A DNA stretch of 64,000 nucleotides from Stegostoma tigrinum (GCF_030684315.1 NC_081380.1:29323951-29387950), one strand, 5' to 3'. Positions 25,435 through 39,758 are shown, numbered from the stretch's first letter. Notes: a model not told the origin generated them from the letters alone. Made by a program: numbers and translations.

Positions 25435-25800
25435 CCACTGCATCCACTGCTTTGATTCCAGCATACTAGATGTTTTCAGCTACTTCCTGGTCAGCTTCGA
25501 ATCTTTTTATTCCCCCCAAAATGTTGCTGCTAATTCAGCTGCATGTTTTCTGTTCTATGTGTCCACCATTCCCAATCTTAATGGCCTGCTAACTCTGTCT
25601 TTGACATTCTAAGTTTAAAGTCATTGTTTTTGGCTTCAAATCTTGTCATGATTCGATTCAAACAAACATATCCATTCACATTCCTCATTCCTGCCTTTTC
25701 CTTTACCTGCCATTGTTGGCAAAGTCTTCAAATGTTTCAAACTTTGGAATTCTCTCCTTGAACCCTTCCACTTCTAAAAGTCCTTCAGTCACTCCCTCAG
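25435..25800 (+). mobile_element. Old L2 LINE 3' fragment
   Basis: catccactgctttgattccagcatactagat (IHxFxxSxLD-like) and caaaatgttgctgc (QNxAA). Confidence 0.45.
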
Positions 25801-27109
25801 GTCCACTGGCTATGTTCCAGAGAAAGGTGCAAAATAAGATATTAACACACTAAACCACAGTGACAAAATGTTCAGTTTGGAAGAGTACCATTTATCGGAA
25901 GAGCACAATTAACATGAAAGCTTCATTAAATCTAAAAGCTTAATCACAACAAATCCTGCCCCCAGGGCACACAAAAAACAAAGGTATCTTGACAACATTA
26001 TGTATGATTATGCTAATTACAAATGCCAGCTTTGTGCATGACAATGTTCACGAGTGATTAGTCAATTCCATGCTTCTTTTGGGAAAACTGCAGAGAGCTA
26101 AAAGGCGGAAGGTTGGACTGAAGCATTTTAGCCTGACTTCCAGAACAGTTTCTTGCCAGTGGCACAATAAGCATTAGGTCAGGATTAAAAACAATGCATC
26201 TGTTGTAACTCTTTCTCTTGTTGGTACGAACCTCCTTTGTTTGCTTTGATAGAGGCAGAGGAGGCAATAACCTGTTTAAAACTAAGTTACCTTCATCATT
26301 AAGGTATCAGAAAATGTAACTGCATATAAAAATGTTAGATTTTGGAACTGTGTGCATGGGACAGTACAAATGTTCAAAGCTTACAGAGCACGATGTAAAA
26401 TGGTACTGGATCAATGTTTTTTTTTCGAGTTTACAATTTCTTAAATAAATGTAGCAGAAAAGTGATAGCATACTGCAAATGGCAACTGATCTAATTAAAA
26501 CTCAATCTACGAAGAGCATCGGACACAAAGGATTTAATGCAGCATGCAATCAGGTTAACAAACCATCAGCCTGTCCTCATCAAATTAAAGTAGGTTGACA
26601 TTGTTTTTTATTATGTGTACAGACCGTTAAGTGGTCATATGTAAAGATTGTCTCGAAAAGGTCAGCACCATCATCAGCACTTCACATCATACACGTGCAT
26701 TCAAGTTATAGTGCTACAAAAGAAAGGTTAAATTGATGTGTTGCTATTGGAAACAGTGGAAATATAAATGTGTCAGTGTGGTCTTCAGGGAGATAGTAAC
26801 CTTTAAATGCATATGAAAATCGCCAAAGTGTAAAAGGATTTATCTTTAACATGTATTAGCCCTTAAAAGGCTACAGCCTAATTTTAGAATTTTATTTTTA
26901 TTTTTCCTCTCTTTCTTTTTAATTCCTGAGATGGCTACCCTTGGATGTGATAGGAAAACTGCCAAACTACTCTCAATCACCTTTAAAATGAAGAGTTCAT
27001 CAACAGTGCTATCAGTGCATAGGAAAATCTTCTGTGCTGACACTTAGTTTGGATACCACCAGGACTACTTGAGTCCTAACTTCATTACTATATTGGTCCA
27101 AGCCTGACA

Positions 27110-27880
27110 AGAAAAAAAGCTGAGGTCCAGATGTGAGTCAAGAGTGGCACTGACATTAAAGCTGAATTTGACTGAGTATGGGATCAAGAGCATGAGCAAA
27201 ACTGGAGTCAATGGGAATCAGGGAGGAATCCCTCCCCTGAATGGAATCAAACTAAGCACAAAGGAAGACAGTTGAGCTTGTTAGAGGTCAGGCATCTGAC
27301 TGTAAGGCATCAATGCAGGAGCTACTCAGAGGAGAGCCCTAGGCCCAACCATCTATGGCTGTTATCTACAAGTCGCAAGTCAGAATTCAGATGAAATATT
27401 CTCCAACTGCCTCGGTGGGTGCAGCTAGAACAACGCAAGAAGCTCAATGCCATCCAGGGCAAAGTAACTATTTGATTGGCATCCAAGCACAACCTTCAAA
27501 ATTCATTCACTTCACTGACATGCAGTGTCTACTTTTTACAAGATTCATTGGAGTGATTCACCAGAGCATCTTCAGTAGTACTTTCCAAACCAGTAATCTC
27601 TCCAACCTAGAAGTACAAGGGTAGCAGATACAAGTGAACAGCATGTTCTCCTCCAACTCACACAGTGTCCTGACTTAGAAGAAAATTTCTGTTTGTTTAT
27701 TGACACTGTCAAAATCACAGAACCCCTTTTCCCAACAGTATTATGGAAATCCCTACACCCTAAGGACTGCAGTATTTCAAGGCAACATCTTGCCATTAAC
27801 TTCTCCAGCACAATTAGAGATTGGCAATAAATTCTGAATTAGCCAAAATGGCAACAGACCATGATTGAATACTTTTTAAA
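27110..27880 (+). mobile_element. Second CR1/L2-group LINE family: RT fragment plus 3' end, internally deleted
   Basis: DIKAEFD..., KLESMGIRE, GATQRRALGPTI (PQGSVLGP-like), IYKSQVRIQMKYSP; tail caattagagattggcaataaa. Confidence 0.8.
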
Positions 27881-29404
27881 AGAAAACCTATCAGTACATG
27901 CATTCTAATAAGTCACCGCCAAAACTGGGATACTTTGACTTAACGTCCATTATGGATTTGCATCTGCTATCTGTGTCTACTGCACCTGAAACTTAGTTGG
28001 ATTCAGTGGCATCCAGCCCTCCCTTCAGCAGTCACAGCATTTCATTTAATGTGGGATTTAATTCACACTACCCTGAATCAATTCATATCATAACATAGCC
28101 TCAGGATTCAACAGCAGATTCTCCTTTTGAACTGGATTGTCACCAGCACATGAATTTGTACAATGTCTGTGAAGGCATGGAGTTAACAGAAACTAAAGCT
28201 AAGTTTTAAACTAAAGTGTTAAGATGCTTCCCCACCTACGCTGCTCTACAATATTACGGATTTACAGGGTTTATCATTTAACTCAGTTGTTTGAACTCAT
28301 TTCCGATTAATGTGATGAGATTAAAAAATAGAATTGCTGTGGGTTTTCCATCTCAATATTCATCTTATTTCACTCAAGAGATTTCCTGTAGCATTTTGAA
28401 CTCTGCCTCAATATACCATTACACGTTATAAAGCAGAAGTTAACCGCTCCCACGGAGAACAAAAACAAAAGTGCCTAAAGAGAAGTACCTCACCCAATAA
28501 TGTGTTTAAAAAAAAGTGAGAAGGGGTGTAATCAGCTTTTCAGTAACTTCTAGTGATTAAATAAAATAAATCCCTGACACGCACTTCAAAATCAACAGGT
28601 GATAATTTATTTATTTAATACAAACAGTGAACAAATTAATGAAACTATTAACAAACAAAATAAATCCTTTTTAACTACGAACTATTCCTGAATAAAGAAA
28701 GATTCTAATGTTATGCTGTTCCAATGAATACAACTCCCATTTATTTGAAAAACAATAGAATTTAATGTCTCAAAATTACAGCCCTGTTACATGTCTTCTG
28801 GAATGTTCTGTGCATTCTTCGTTAATTCTTGCATCAGGAATATTAACTAGTTTTGCTGTTGGTACCATTGTTATTTTGTGGATACTTTCTCTAGACATAC
28901 AGGAGGCAGTAAGAGCCGATGATTCTCTTTTGAGAGCTGACAGCCATTAACTTTGGCAAATAGCAGCTGGCTTTCGGGTCTTGTCCAACAGCCCCTTTCC
29001 TTTTTTACCCTTGGTGACATATCAACATTTCTTACAATAGGATTGGTCCTAAATCATTAAAATCATCCAACTTAAATTTTATTGAGTTTTGGCATATAAG
29101 TGCGCGATTCAAATTGTTTGGGTAAATTCAAAAGCTTGTTGTCTTGTTAAAAACTGCTGCTGAGCCTGATAACTGCACAGGATTTTGATACAACTATTTC
29201 AATTTGGGTCCTCTCTGTGTACTTGCAAACTTTCAAGCTGCAGCTCACAGGCATTCATTTTAAATCTTTAAGCATAGAAAAGGCATGTGATCTTTTAAAT
29301 GGACCATGCAATGGTTCCCCCCGACCCCGAGCATCTTACAAACACCAAATTCTAACTACCTGCCTCCCAATCCACAAGTACCCTATGCAAATTCACAACA
29401 CACA

Positions 29405-29700
29405 TCATAGAATCTGGCCATTACACCCATCAAATCTACACTGACCCTCCAAAAACCATACCACCCAGGCATCTCTCCCACCCTATCACTGTAACCCTGC
29501 ATTTCCCATGAGCAGTTCGCCTAATTTGCACATCTTTGAAGTGTGGGAGAAAACCGGAGCACCTGGAAGTAATTCACACAGACAAGAGGGGCGGGGGGGA
29601 AATGTGCAAACTCCACGCAGACAGTCACCCAAATGTGAAATTGAACCAGGGCCCCTGGTGCTGTGAGGCAGCAGTGTTAACCATCAAACTGCCTCGCCTC
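29405..29700 (-). mobile_element. HE1-like V-SINE
   Basis: V-domain gtggagtttgcacat...ccaggtgctccggttttctcccaca; tRNA head cactgctgcctcacagcaccagggg. Confidence 0.85.
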
Positions 29701-30989
29701 CCTCATATTTCAATAAATCTAACCATCAATTTGCAGTCTCTTTAATTCCCTAAAAGGTCTATATTTCTTGTATTTCAAAGTCTAAACTCTGGAATTTTCA
29801 AAATTGAAATGAATTATATCTGAAATCTCAAATTATCTTACATTGCCACACTCCTGTCAGAACCCATCACATTGCAGCCAACGTGGGACTTCACTCAACC
29901 ATATCCACTCAACATGTACTACCTCGTGCCATACACTCACATGGATTTTGAGCAATTAAATGCAAAGTTTAATTATTGTTTTTGTCTTTGGTAGGATCTA
30001 TGCCAAACAAAGGAACAGTGACATCTAAACAAAATACTTAAATAAGCTTCTCTTAAATTCCCAATTCAGCTTAAAATACAAGGAAATTCTTGCAGGCCAG
30101 GTGTTTCACTGAGGTAGCAGACAGCAAACTGCACACAATATAAGCCAGTGTAATGAGACATATTTCAGCATAGCCCATTGCAAAGGAGAGATTTAGACTG
30201 TTGCGTGACTGCCACTATTTGGTCTCCTGATTCATAGGCATTTATAAAACAGAGTAAAAGGTGAATATCTTTTGCACAGAATCCTTGGCATGTAACAATT
30301 AAAAAGGTAAGATCCTATATAAACATTTGACTGCTATTGGGTTATATCCTGGATCTGAAGGTATGTCATCCTGCATATTATAAGATTTTCTGATGGTCAT
30401 TTATACAACAGCATTGACAAAGCCCACTAACTAGTAATTTTGCAAGTGAATGATATGTACCCCAAAAGTCTTTAGGATGAGGAAGAATGTGATAGGGGGC
30501 CTGAAAATAGTGAACCAGTTTTTAACTTTACACAAAACAAATGTGAATGATTGTTGGGTTTTTTTTTCCCCTGCTCCTCAGCTGTTTCCTTCTGTATTTA
30601 AATATTAACCACATTACAGATGAAGCAAAAGAAAAGCTTATTAAATCTATACATAAGCCAAAGTTTTATCAAGTTTATAAATAATGCTAACTATGCTTCT
30701 GGAAAACACTTCTCCAAATTTGGAGGCAACTTTGCATAATTAAATACAGGACCCAGTGCTTCCTTTGAGTTATGCTAGCTCTGTAGGCACAATTCCCCCA
30801 ATATGTGTCACCAACACTTGCATTCATCACCATTAAAGCTTCTGGGGCCTTCTGATCTGAAATCATCATATTAAGAGCAGGTGCTGCCATAAAACTGATC
30901 ACAGAGTGTGCATGCTGATGAAATTAGAACTCAAAGACTTTGTGCATCTTAAGCTTGTCCTGTCAAGCAATGCCAAGGTTGAGACAGCA

Positions 30990-31850
30990 AAAGGTGGCAA
31001 CTGTTCAGCCTTTTCTCCTGCCCCGTGTATGTTCATGCCTCAACACTGTAGAGGAGTGTGCCGAGATGTAGGACTGGTAGACTTGCAGTTGGTGTTCCAC
31101 ACTCTCTTGCTCAGCTTAGACCTAGCAGCTGCAGCCTTTGCAATGTGTACATGATTTCAGTATCAGTTGACAGGTTGCTGGTGATTGTGGAGCCTACACT
31201 TGCAAAACTAGCGACAATTCTCAGCATCACATCTTCAACACTGATGGATGGCAGTGTGATTCTAAATCATGGCATTGGTCTTCCTGATGCCGATAGTCAA
31301 ACCGAATTCCTCACAGGAACGAGAAAGTCTGTCCATTTGCCACAGTGGGTGATCCTTACCACGGAATGGGAGTGTGGTATCATCAGCATAAAGCAACTCT
31401 GTGATGATGACTTAGCGCACCTTTTTATTGAATCTTCAGTGAGCTAGGCTAAACAGACTTCTATCATTTGTGACGTGCAAGAAGACACTCTCTGTCGATG
31501 ACCTGAAGGCATGTGATGGCAGCAATGGGTCTCAGAGGGTTCCAAAGATGATAACCTTGGTTGATCTTACCCATCATGTTGTCATAAAAACAGATCAGGC
31601 TGAGCAACTTCAGTGGGCATCTAATTTTCTCCAACAACTTAAAATCGACCACCTATGTCCACTGGGTGAAGTGCTTTAGTGAAGAAGGAGACAAATTACA
31701 GTCTCCTTTTTCTCAGAGCAATTCTCTTGCAGCTGGCAGACTTGAGTAGATGGTATCTACTCTAAAACTTCCAGTACTGAGATCACATTGTGAATTGGGG
31801 TTCATGCTTTCAGCCAGGATCTACAGTTTGACAAGGGCAACATGAGTAAG
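30990..31850 (-). mobile_element. RTE-clade LINE RT fragment (decayed)
   Basis: FKLLEKIRCPLKLLSLI..DNMMGKI; QILAES.NPNSQC; QLQE; HIAKAAAARSKLSKRVWN; LLYSVEA*TYTGQEKRLNS. Confidence 0.8.
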
Positions 31851-33794
31851 TACTATTCCTGTCATGCACTGCAGTAAGATACATTGATAGTTGTTGCAGT
31901 CACTATGGCCAGCCCTGCACTAGTGTACAGTCTTAATCTTTATGCCAGCGGATGTCCTCTGTCTCCAACAGAGACATACATTTTAGTGCAATGCTGCAAC
32001 ATTGCCCAGTTTCCCATGTTTGAAAAAATTTAGTTTCTACAACAGTGAAGAGCAATACAATAAATGAATGAAATTTGAACAAGACATGTGTTACACTCAG
32101 GTTAACCAGGCTGCGTGAAGTCTGAGCATCAGGACTGCAGTAGACTACAGGCAACTGCTTAGAAATTTGACCTTAAATTAGATTCCTTGAATATTTGCAT
32201 ATGCATATGCTTAACAAGTATGAGGTTCCTTTGCTAGTTTAACAAAGACTTTAAACCTACTCAAATAAATAGGTTAATGCCTCTGTTATAATGGGGTACA
32301 AGGGCATTTTACACAAATCTATGTGGACAGAAATTCTCAAACAGCTTAATTTCACTGCACTTATGTTCTATTAACAGTTCCCATAGCCACAGGCTACAGG
32401 AAATCAATGCATTATGTATCAGAGAAGACACACTTGAAACTATTGGCAATGAGAATATCATATGCTGTTCCATCATCATGCTAAAAATTAAACAGGTGAA
32501 GGTTGAGTTGTGCTGTTTCCAAAAATATGTATCTGGAATGTCAATTTGATATTGCTAACCCTTTTAAGCTGCCTGAAAAGAATGACACCTTAAATGTACA
32601 TGTTGTGGTGTTGCCCACAGGTCTGAAATTGTACAGATTTCCTAAGCTTTCAAAATAAAAAAAACACAACGAAAACAACATACTGCCAATGTAGCATGAA
32701 ATAAAACCTACTTGCTGCTTGTGTAATGGATTTCTCTGAAATACCTCACCGTGTGCACTCTCCCTTGCTCCTCTCAATGCTTTCTGAGATTTAACTGTTC
32801 TATCTGCCCAAAATTAAATGTAGCATGAAATAAAAAACTAACTTTGCCTTTCACTGTGCAATGGCTTCTAGCTAAACTGCCTGCAATGCTAAATTCCATT
32901 TACTTTCCCTGGGCCTAAGATGGTTTGACAGTTTTGCCAATGAAGAGAATCAAAACCATTAAAAGCTGCTTATATCTTGGCATCATTTGTTAAAAATGGT
33001 GAACAGCAGCAACAGAAATTCTCCCCAGAATGGAGGCAAGTATTTCATTTTCTGCGATGGAACATGCCACATTCAGAAGGATTACAGGACTAGACAGAGA
33101 GGAATTAGTTGATTCAGACATCAACGGCTCAGTAACCTCAAAAATGAATTCAATAAAGTTGACTACCAGATTCAGAGTGGGAAGTGAAATATCATTGTTG
33201 TTAGACACTATTTCCCATAAATGTATAAAATGGTCAAACTGTACATTTCACAAATCTCTGTGAAAACAATTGAGGGGGTAGATGAAGTTAATACAAGGTT
33301 TGCTGAATAGGCACTAGCCAAGAATAGTCACTGCAGACCAAACAAAAGTTGCCAAACTGTGTTGCTAAAACAAAAGGGATTTCATTGAATTTCAGACATC
33401 TCTGGTCACACTGCCTTATGAATGATTGCCAACATTCATTATTTCCTGCCTCAGCTCAAAATAACAAAAAAGGAATTGTAAAGGTAAATAAAAGAAAAAT
33501 GCAAAACAGAAAGCGAAAACGCCAGGATGAAATTGTATTTAGTTATAATATTCAGGATTAACCTGTAAAGGGATCGACAGTTGGAATAGACTTGCAAGTA
33601 GGTTGTGGAATCCGTAACATGGGTAACAATGTAGCCACCATGGCTTTATGCTAGTTTTTTGATTAAATGAACAATTCCTTCAAATGTCTGTGCCTTTCCC
33701 AATTATCTTGCAGAATTTTCCAACAATTATCTACTTCTCTTCAAGCAGACAGTACATAGTCTGTTTCTACCCCTTTTTTTAACGATTATTTAAA

Positions 33795-35020
33795 ACCATA
33801 ATTCTGTGTCGATAAAGGAAATGTTGTTCCAATTAAGCAGCATCCTTTTAGACTTAACCCTTTAAAGTTGGTGCACATTTAAAAAGAAAAGATTGAAAGC
33901 ATGCTCAAAGAAAATATAATCAAAGTGAATTGGATCAATTGGAGCTCACCCATAGTAATGGCGCCAAACCATTCACTGGGTACTATTACAAAGTCAATGC
34001 AGTTACAATATAAGATTCATATCCTATTCCATGTTTGGAAGACTGTATTGAGGATGTGGGACAAGATCTTATATTTTTAGGTTGGACTTACTCAGAGGAT
34101 TCTGGCAGGTATCTTTATTGGAAAGAGTGATGGAAATTTCAGTTTTTGTGACACCAAATGGACTGTACCAGTTTAAAGTCATGCCACTTAATTTGAAGAA
34201 TGTGCCAACCAAATTTCAAAGACTAACCAATAAAGCTATTTCAGGATTACCCAGTTGTGCAGAATATCACGTCATTGCCTGTGTATAAAGTTCACGGAAG
34301 GAACATTCGGAGCATCTAGCAGAATTATTCAATTGACTTCTCCAGACAGGCTTAATGATGAATCTAGCTAGGAGTGAATTCACAAAAAACCTGTTACTGG
34401 ACATGGACAGATAGCCCCTTGGGATATGAAAACAAAGGTTATTGGGGACTTTCCCCATACTGTCGAAGAAGAAGGAAGCACTACAATTCCTGGGACTGAA
34501 TCTTTTTTAAATCGGAAGCACAGGCTGAAGTTCAGCAGCATGGTTGCTGCAACAACTGAACTGTTGAAGAAGTGAAGAAAATTTCAGTGGATGGAAAAGT
34601 TTCAAAGGGTACTAAACTCCCTGAAAATTGTGTTGACCTCTGCTCCAGTGTTGGCCACACCTAACTACGCAAAGCCATTCAAGGTGGTTAGCAATACGAG
34701 GGATATGGGTATCGGTGCTGTGCTCTTGCAAGATGACAAATAGCTTAATCCAAATCCAAAAAGCTTAATATTCATCAATAGAAGAATCCCACAATAGCCT
34801 GGTGAGTTGGGTGCTGGCATTGCAATGTTCCAAGATTAATTTTGCCAGTAAGGTGTCTGAGACAACTATATATACTGATCATAACCCCTTGAAGCTCTCA
34901 GAAACATTTAAAGATAAAATTTTGAGACTATTTCGATGAAGCTTATTATTGCAGCCATTCAATTTGAAATGTATAGATGTGGCAGGATGAGAGAACATAA
35001 TTACTGGTGAATTGTTGTGG
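33795..35020 (+). pseudogene. Gypsy LTR retrotransposon pol relic (RT + RNase H)
   Basis: PIKQHPFRL, WSSPIVM, DSYPIPCLEDCIE, LDLLRGFWQV, FVTPNGLYQFKVMP, LTSAPVLATPNYAKPF, GIGAVLLQ, YTDHNPL. Confidence 0.92.
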
Positions 35021-35215
35021 CTGTGTTGCGTGAGGACAGAGGCATTTGGTGACAGTAAAAATCAGACCAGAATGGACTGTAGTAGTGAATGTTTGTATGC
35101 TTAGAGTCAATGTAATATATATTTATTGTAGCAGACTAATAGGATAAGACTAAACATTTCTTTAAAATAAAATATCTTTGTATTTTGATTGTTCATTTGT
35201 TTTTAAGGTGAGAGG

Positions 35216-36319
35216 TGTGATGACATTATGGCTTTAAGAGGTGCAATTTGTCCTGGTGTTTTTACCAAGAGAGGTAGAGACAGAGGAGTTGAGCAGTCTG
35301 TTCAAAGCCAATAAAGTAAACAGCTTGTGAACCCTTGGGATTTTTTCCTCAAGTTGGAACAATAGAAGCAGCATGAACATGTGGGGAATGGTGAATGGAA
35401 TGGTAGGTTTAACGTATGATGAACAGCTAAGGATCCTGGGATTGTACTCATAAGAGTTTAGAAGGTTGAAGGGAGATCTAATCTAAACTATACATTATCT
35501 TGGAAGTTTCTAAGGGGTGGACACTAGGAAGTTGTTTCCATTAGGCGGGGAGACTAGGACCCGTGGGCACAGCCTTAAAATTAGAGGGAGCAAATTTAAA
35601 ACTGAAATGAGATGACATTTCTTCAGCCAGAAAGCGGTGGGCTTGTGGATTTCATTGCCGCAGAGTGCAGTGGAGGCCGGGACGTTGGATGCCTTCAAGG
35701 CAGAGATCGACAAATTCTTGATCTCAGAAGGAATCAAGGGCTACGGGGAGAGTGCAGGGAAGTGGTGTTGAAATGCCCAGCCATGATTTAAATGGCGGAG
35801 TGGACTTGATGGGCCGAATGGCCTTACTTCCACTCCTATGTCTTATGGTCTTATGGGTCAAGCTCCCACAGAACCAGGATTTTAGTTTAATTTCCAGCAT
35901 TTGCTGGGGTCTTGCAGCCGGATGTGGAAGCTGTTATTCCTCTCTTTGTTACAGCTAAAGGATTGGGTTCCTTTTTTATTGCTAGAATTGCATATGAGAC
36001 AATCTATTTTACTGAATTTGCCTTTGCCAGGCATATGTTTATGGGATGTTACTCTATTGGAACTGTCGCTGTTTAGTAGTTAAATAATTTATTTTTCTGT
36101 GAAGTGTTCCCAATAGACTTAAGCTATTCTCATCCCTTTTACTTTTGTTTGTACAATTGAAAGATCTTAAAAGCCTTCCAAAAGTGAGTTTTGCTTCAAG
36201 CCTGTAGTTTGACCAATCAAACACATAATGTTTTACACTTGCCTTTAAAAATAAGAAAAAGATGAGGTCTAGGCTATCTTCTTAACATATATTGAGCGAG
36301 TTTGGTCTAGTCCATAACA
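35216..36319 (+). mobile_element. 3' LTR of the Gypsy element (TG...CA), interrupted by CR1
   Basis: Polypurine tract aaggtgagagg (35205-35215), then tgtgatgaca; ends gtccataaca. Confidence 0.7.
35390..35856 (+). mobile_element. CR1 3' fragment nested in the LTR
   Basis: RRLKGDLI, FKTEMR*HFFSQKAV; tail cctatgtcttatggtcttatgg. Confidence 0.88.
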
Positions 36320-36445
36320 ATGTCACAGCTGCAAAAATCATCGTTGTCCATTTACTAAAAATTAAAAGAAGGAAAGGCTGGCATTTCTATAGGATATTTC
36401 ATGACCAAGAAACGTTTCAAAGTACTCCGCAGCTGATGTAGTAAT

Positions 36446-37440
36446 AACATAAGAACGTAAGAACTAGGAGCAGGAGTAGGCCATCCGTCCACTTGAGCCT
36501 GCCCTGCCATTTAATAAGATCACGGCTGATCTTTTTGAGACGCAGCTCCACTTACCCGCTCACTCACCATAACCCTTAATTCCTTTACTGTTCAAAAAGT
36601 TATCTAGCCTTGCCTTAAACACATTCAGCAAGGTAGCTTCAACAGCTTCACTGGGCAGGAAATTGCACAGATTCACAACCCATTGGGTGAAGAAATTCCT
36701 CCTGACCTCCTACATCTGCTTCCCTTTATTTTGAGGTGATGTCCTCTAATCCTAGTTTCACCTGCTAGCGGAAACAATCTCCCTGCTTCCATTATTTCTA
36801 TTCCTTCATAATCTTATATGTTTCTACAAGATCTCCCCTCATTCTTCTGAATTCCAATGAGTATAATCCCAGTCTGCTCAGTCTCTCCTCATAATCCAAC
36901 CCTCTCAACTCTGGAATCAACAGAGTGAATCTCCTCTGCACCCGCTCCGGTGCTAGTATATCTCTTCTCAAGTAAGGAGACTAAAACTGCACACGGTACT
37001 CCAGGTGTGACCTCACCAGGACCCCATACAGCTGCAGCTGTTTTTAAACTCCATCCCTCTAGCAATGGCAGATAAAATTCCAATTGCCTTTTTATTACCT
37101 GCTGCACCTGCAATCCTTCTTTTAGCGATTCATGCACAAGGGCACCCAAGTCCCTCTGCACTGCAGCGTGCTGCAATTTTTTAACCATTTAAAACATAGT
37201 CCATTTTGCTGTTATTTCTACCCAAATGGATGACCTCACACTTATCAACATTATACTCGATCTGCCAGACCTTTGCCCACTCACTTAGACTATCTATATC
37301 CCTCTGTAGGCTTTCAGTGTCTTCTGCACACTTTGCTTTACCACTCACCTTAGTGTCATCTGCAAATATTGACACACCACACTTAGCCCCCAACTCCAAA
37401 TCATCTTTGAAAATTGTCAACAATTGCAGTTCCAACACTG
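36446..37440 (-). mobile_element. CR1 3' part nested in a Deu-SINE
   Basis: VSIFADDTKV, LQRDID, DKCEVIHLG, QRDLGALVHESLK; tail aacataagaacgtaagaa; Deu-SINE sequence at 36375-36445 and 37450-37580. Confidence 0.92.
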
Positions 37441-39402
37441 ATACACTAATACCAAAGTGTAGTCACTGTTGTAATGAAGGAAACATGGCAGTTACTTTAT
37501 GCACAGTAAACTCCCATAACAACAATGCATTTTGTGCGATACCGATTGAGGGATCAATAGTAGCCAGGATCCTCTGACCAAGGTATCTAAAAGAAAATAG
37601 TTTTTAATCACTGTGTTGCAATTTATGGGCCACCCTGCTCAAATTGCTGCTGCATTTCCTATTTTACAGCAATGAGTGTATTTCAAGGAGTGCTTTTTGA
37701 CTGTGAATCACTAAGACACATCTTGGGGCCCTAAAAGATATCACATGAAACACTTTCGCTCGTTACGTTGTGCACAATGGACAACCAAAGCTTACGTACA
37801 CATTCCCAAATGACAAGGCTTCCCATCTGGAACAAAGCATCAGATTATGTTGCACTTAGTCTTTCATTTTCAGGAAGCTCACCAATTCAAGGCGTTATTT
37901 AAGAATTGTCCATCTACACATTGTGAAGCATAGCTAGGGGCTAGTATTTGGCAACAACAATTCATTCAGACAGCAAGCATGAGCTGCAAAATGAACAAGA
38001 AGGCTTAAAGTATTGAAAATACATCAGGCTTTAAAAATAAGATCTATAAAAACCCTGATTTTCTGGTAAACCGGTCACTGCAGCATGGCTGAAGGTAGTC
38101 CCGTTTTCAAAGTAAGCATTCTAAAATAACTGATTTAAAATGACTGAACTGCGCCAATATATCTTCCTGCTTTACCTCTGAACCACAGTAGTTACTGCTT
38201 CTGCACTGTGGCAACCGTGAACTCTAACTTAAAATTGCACAGTTGTAATTCGTAAGTATCATCCAGTTTTGCCATGTATCAAGTTGAAATAGGATTTTCC
38301 TACTTGAAGAAACCTTTCAGCACAGTTTACCAATGTAGATTAGATCCACACTGGAGTAAAATCACATTAATTACTGTTATATATTCGCTGACACTCGTTG
38401 GGAGCCGCAATTACTAACAAAAGGGACTATGAGTTGCACTGCATTCACCATTTTGTTAAGGAGATCTCAGTGAAACTTTAATGAATGTGTCAAAACCCAC
38501 TTATGTTACACCTCACCTGCCACATAAAGATGATGGATTTTTGCAATAATACAACTCCTGAAAATGGAAGGGGATTTGCTCAAGACTCCACGTTCAAACA
38601 TCAGTGATGATGCATGAGCGTTCATTGGTTCAATAACGCAATGAACCTGAACCTCACTGCACAAATAAAAACAGATGGACGGGCCAGTAAGTAACCACAA
38701 AGGGATGATTTTCTGAGCAAACAAAGCACATAATCCCCTCTGCTCTTCTCTAAATGAATAGAGTATGTGAATTCTTTGCTGTATTTGCTGGCGGAATAAA
38801 TCAATGCAACAAGGCTTGGTAGGAAAAAAGTTGCTGAATAAAAATTCCATGTAAAGTATGGAGTAGCAAAACAAAGATGAACTCATGGGACAATCAGACA
38901 GACAAGAATATTCTGTTTGTAAGCTACATTTCCATGTTACCAAATATAATTAAGTCATACTTTAGAACACAATGGATAAGGCAATAGATTTACATTTTGA
39001 ACACCAATTATGGTCTCAGACATGCTGAAGTTTGGCAAGTCCTTTCAGAAGAACAAATGCGTTAAAAAAAAGTTTTTCAATTGCATCGTTGCATATAATT
39101 AGAACAAAACAAAGACATTTTAAAGAAATAGAGGGTTTTGGTTGTTCTAATTTGCTAGGTGTTTGTATATTAAGGTTTGTAGTCTATCACAAATGTGTCC
39201 TCTGCCCATTGGCAGCTCCTTGGCTCATTTTCTGTTGATGCTTTGTCCTGAGCTGTTTCTCTTGGCAGCCATCACCATTTGTCATTGTCTTCCATTGTCA
39301 GGGGCAAGATGAGGATACAGGCTCCAAGACTATCTCAGGCAGAATGAGGCTCAACTCCACTTTTGGCATCATTCTGAACCACACACTAGCTGTCTGGGCA
39401 TG

Positions 39403-39758
39403 GAACATAGAACATAGAACATAGGAAAGTACAGCACAGTACAGGCCCGTCGGCCCACGATGTTGTGCCTTGGATTAATCCTAATCCAAAAACAAAATAA
39501 CCTAACCTACATTCCCCTTAATTCACTGCTGTTCATGTGTTTGTCCAGCAGTCGCTTAAATGTCACCGATGACTCTGCTACCACTGGCAAAGTGTTCCAT
39601 GCGCTCACAACTCTCTGGGTGAAGAGCCTCCCTCTGACATCTCCTCTATACCTTCCTTCTAACACCTTGAAACTATGACCCCTCCTGGCAGTCAATCCTG
39701 CCCTGGGGAAAAGTCTCTGGCTATCGACTCTATCCATGCCTCTCATTGCCTTGTACAC
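39403..39758 (-). mobile_element. CR1 3' end
   Basis: DVRGRLFTQRVVSAWNTLP; (aacatag)n tail. Confidence 0.92.

Noticed and set aside
28500-29270. LTR-like AT-rich segment (similar ones near 1850, 43988, 45229)
   Set aside because: Only faint similarity to the Gypsy LTR; boundaries and TSDs could not be defined
32990-33263. Overlapping 72/77-aa ORFs with protein-like composition
   Set aside because: No recognisable domain or convincing splice sites
38506-38943. 145-aa minus-strand ORF
   Set aside because: No recognisable family; non-ATG start; at most partly exonic
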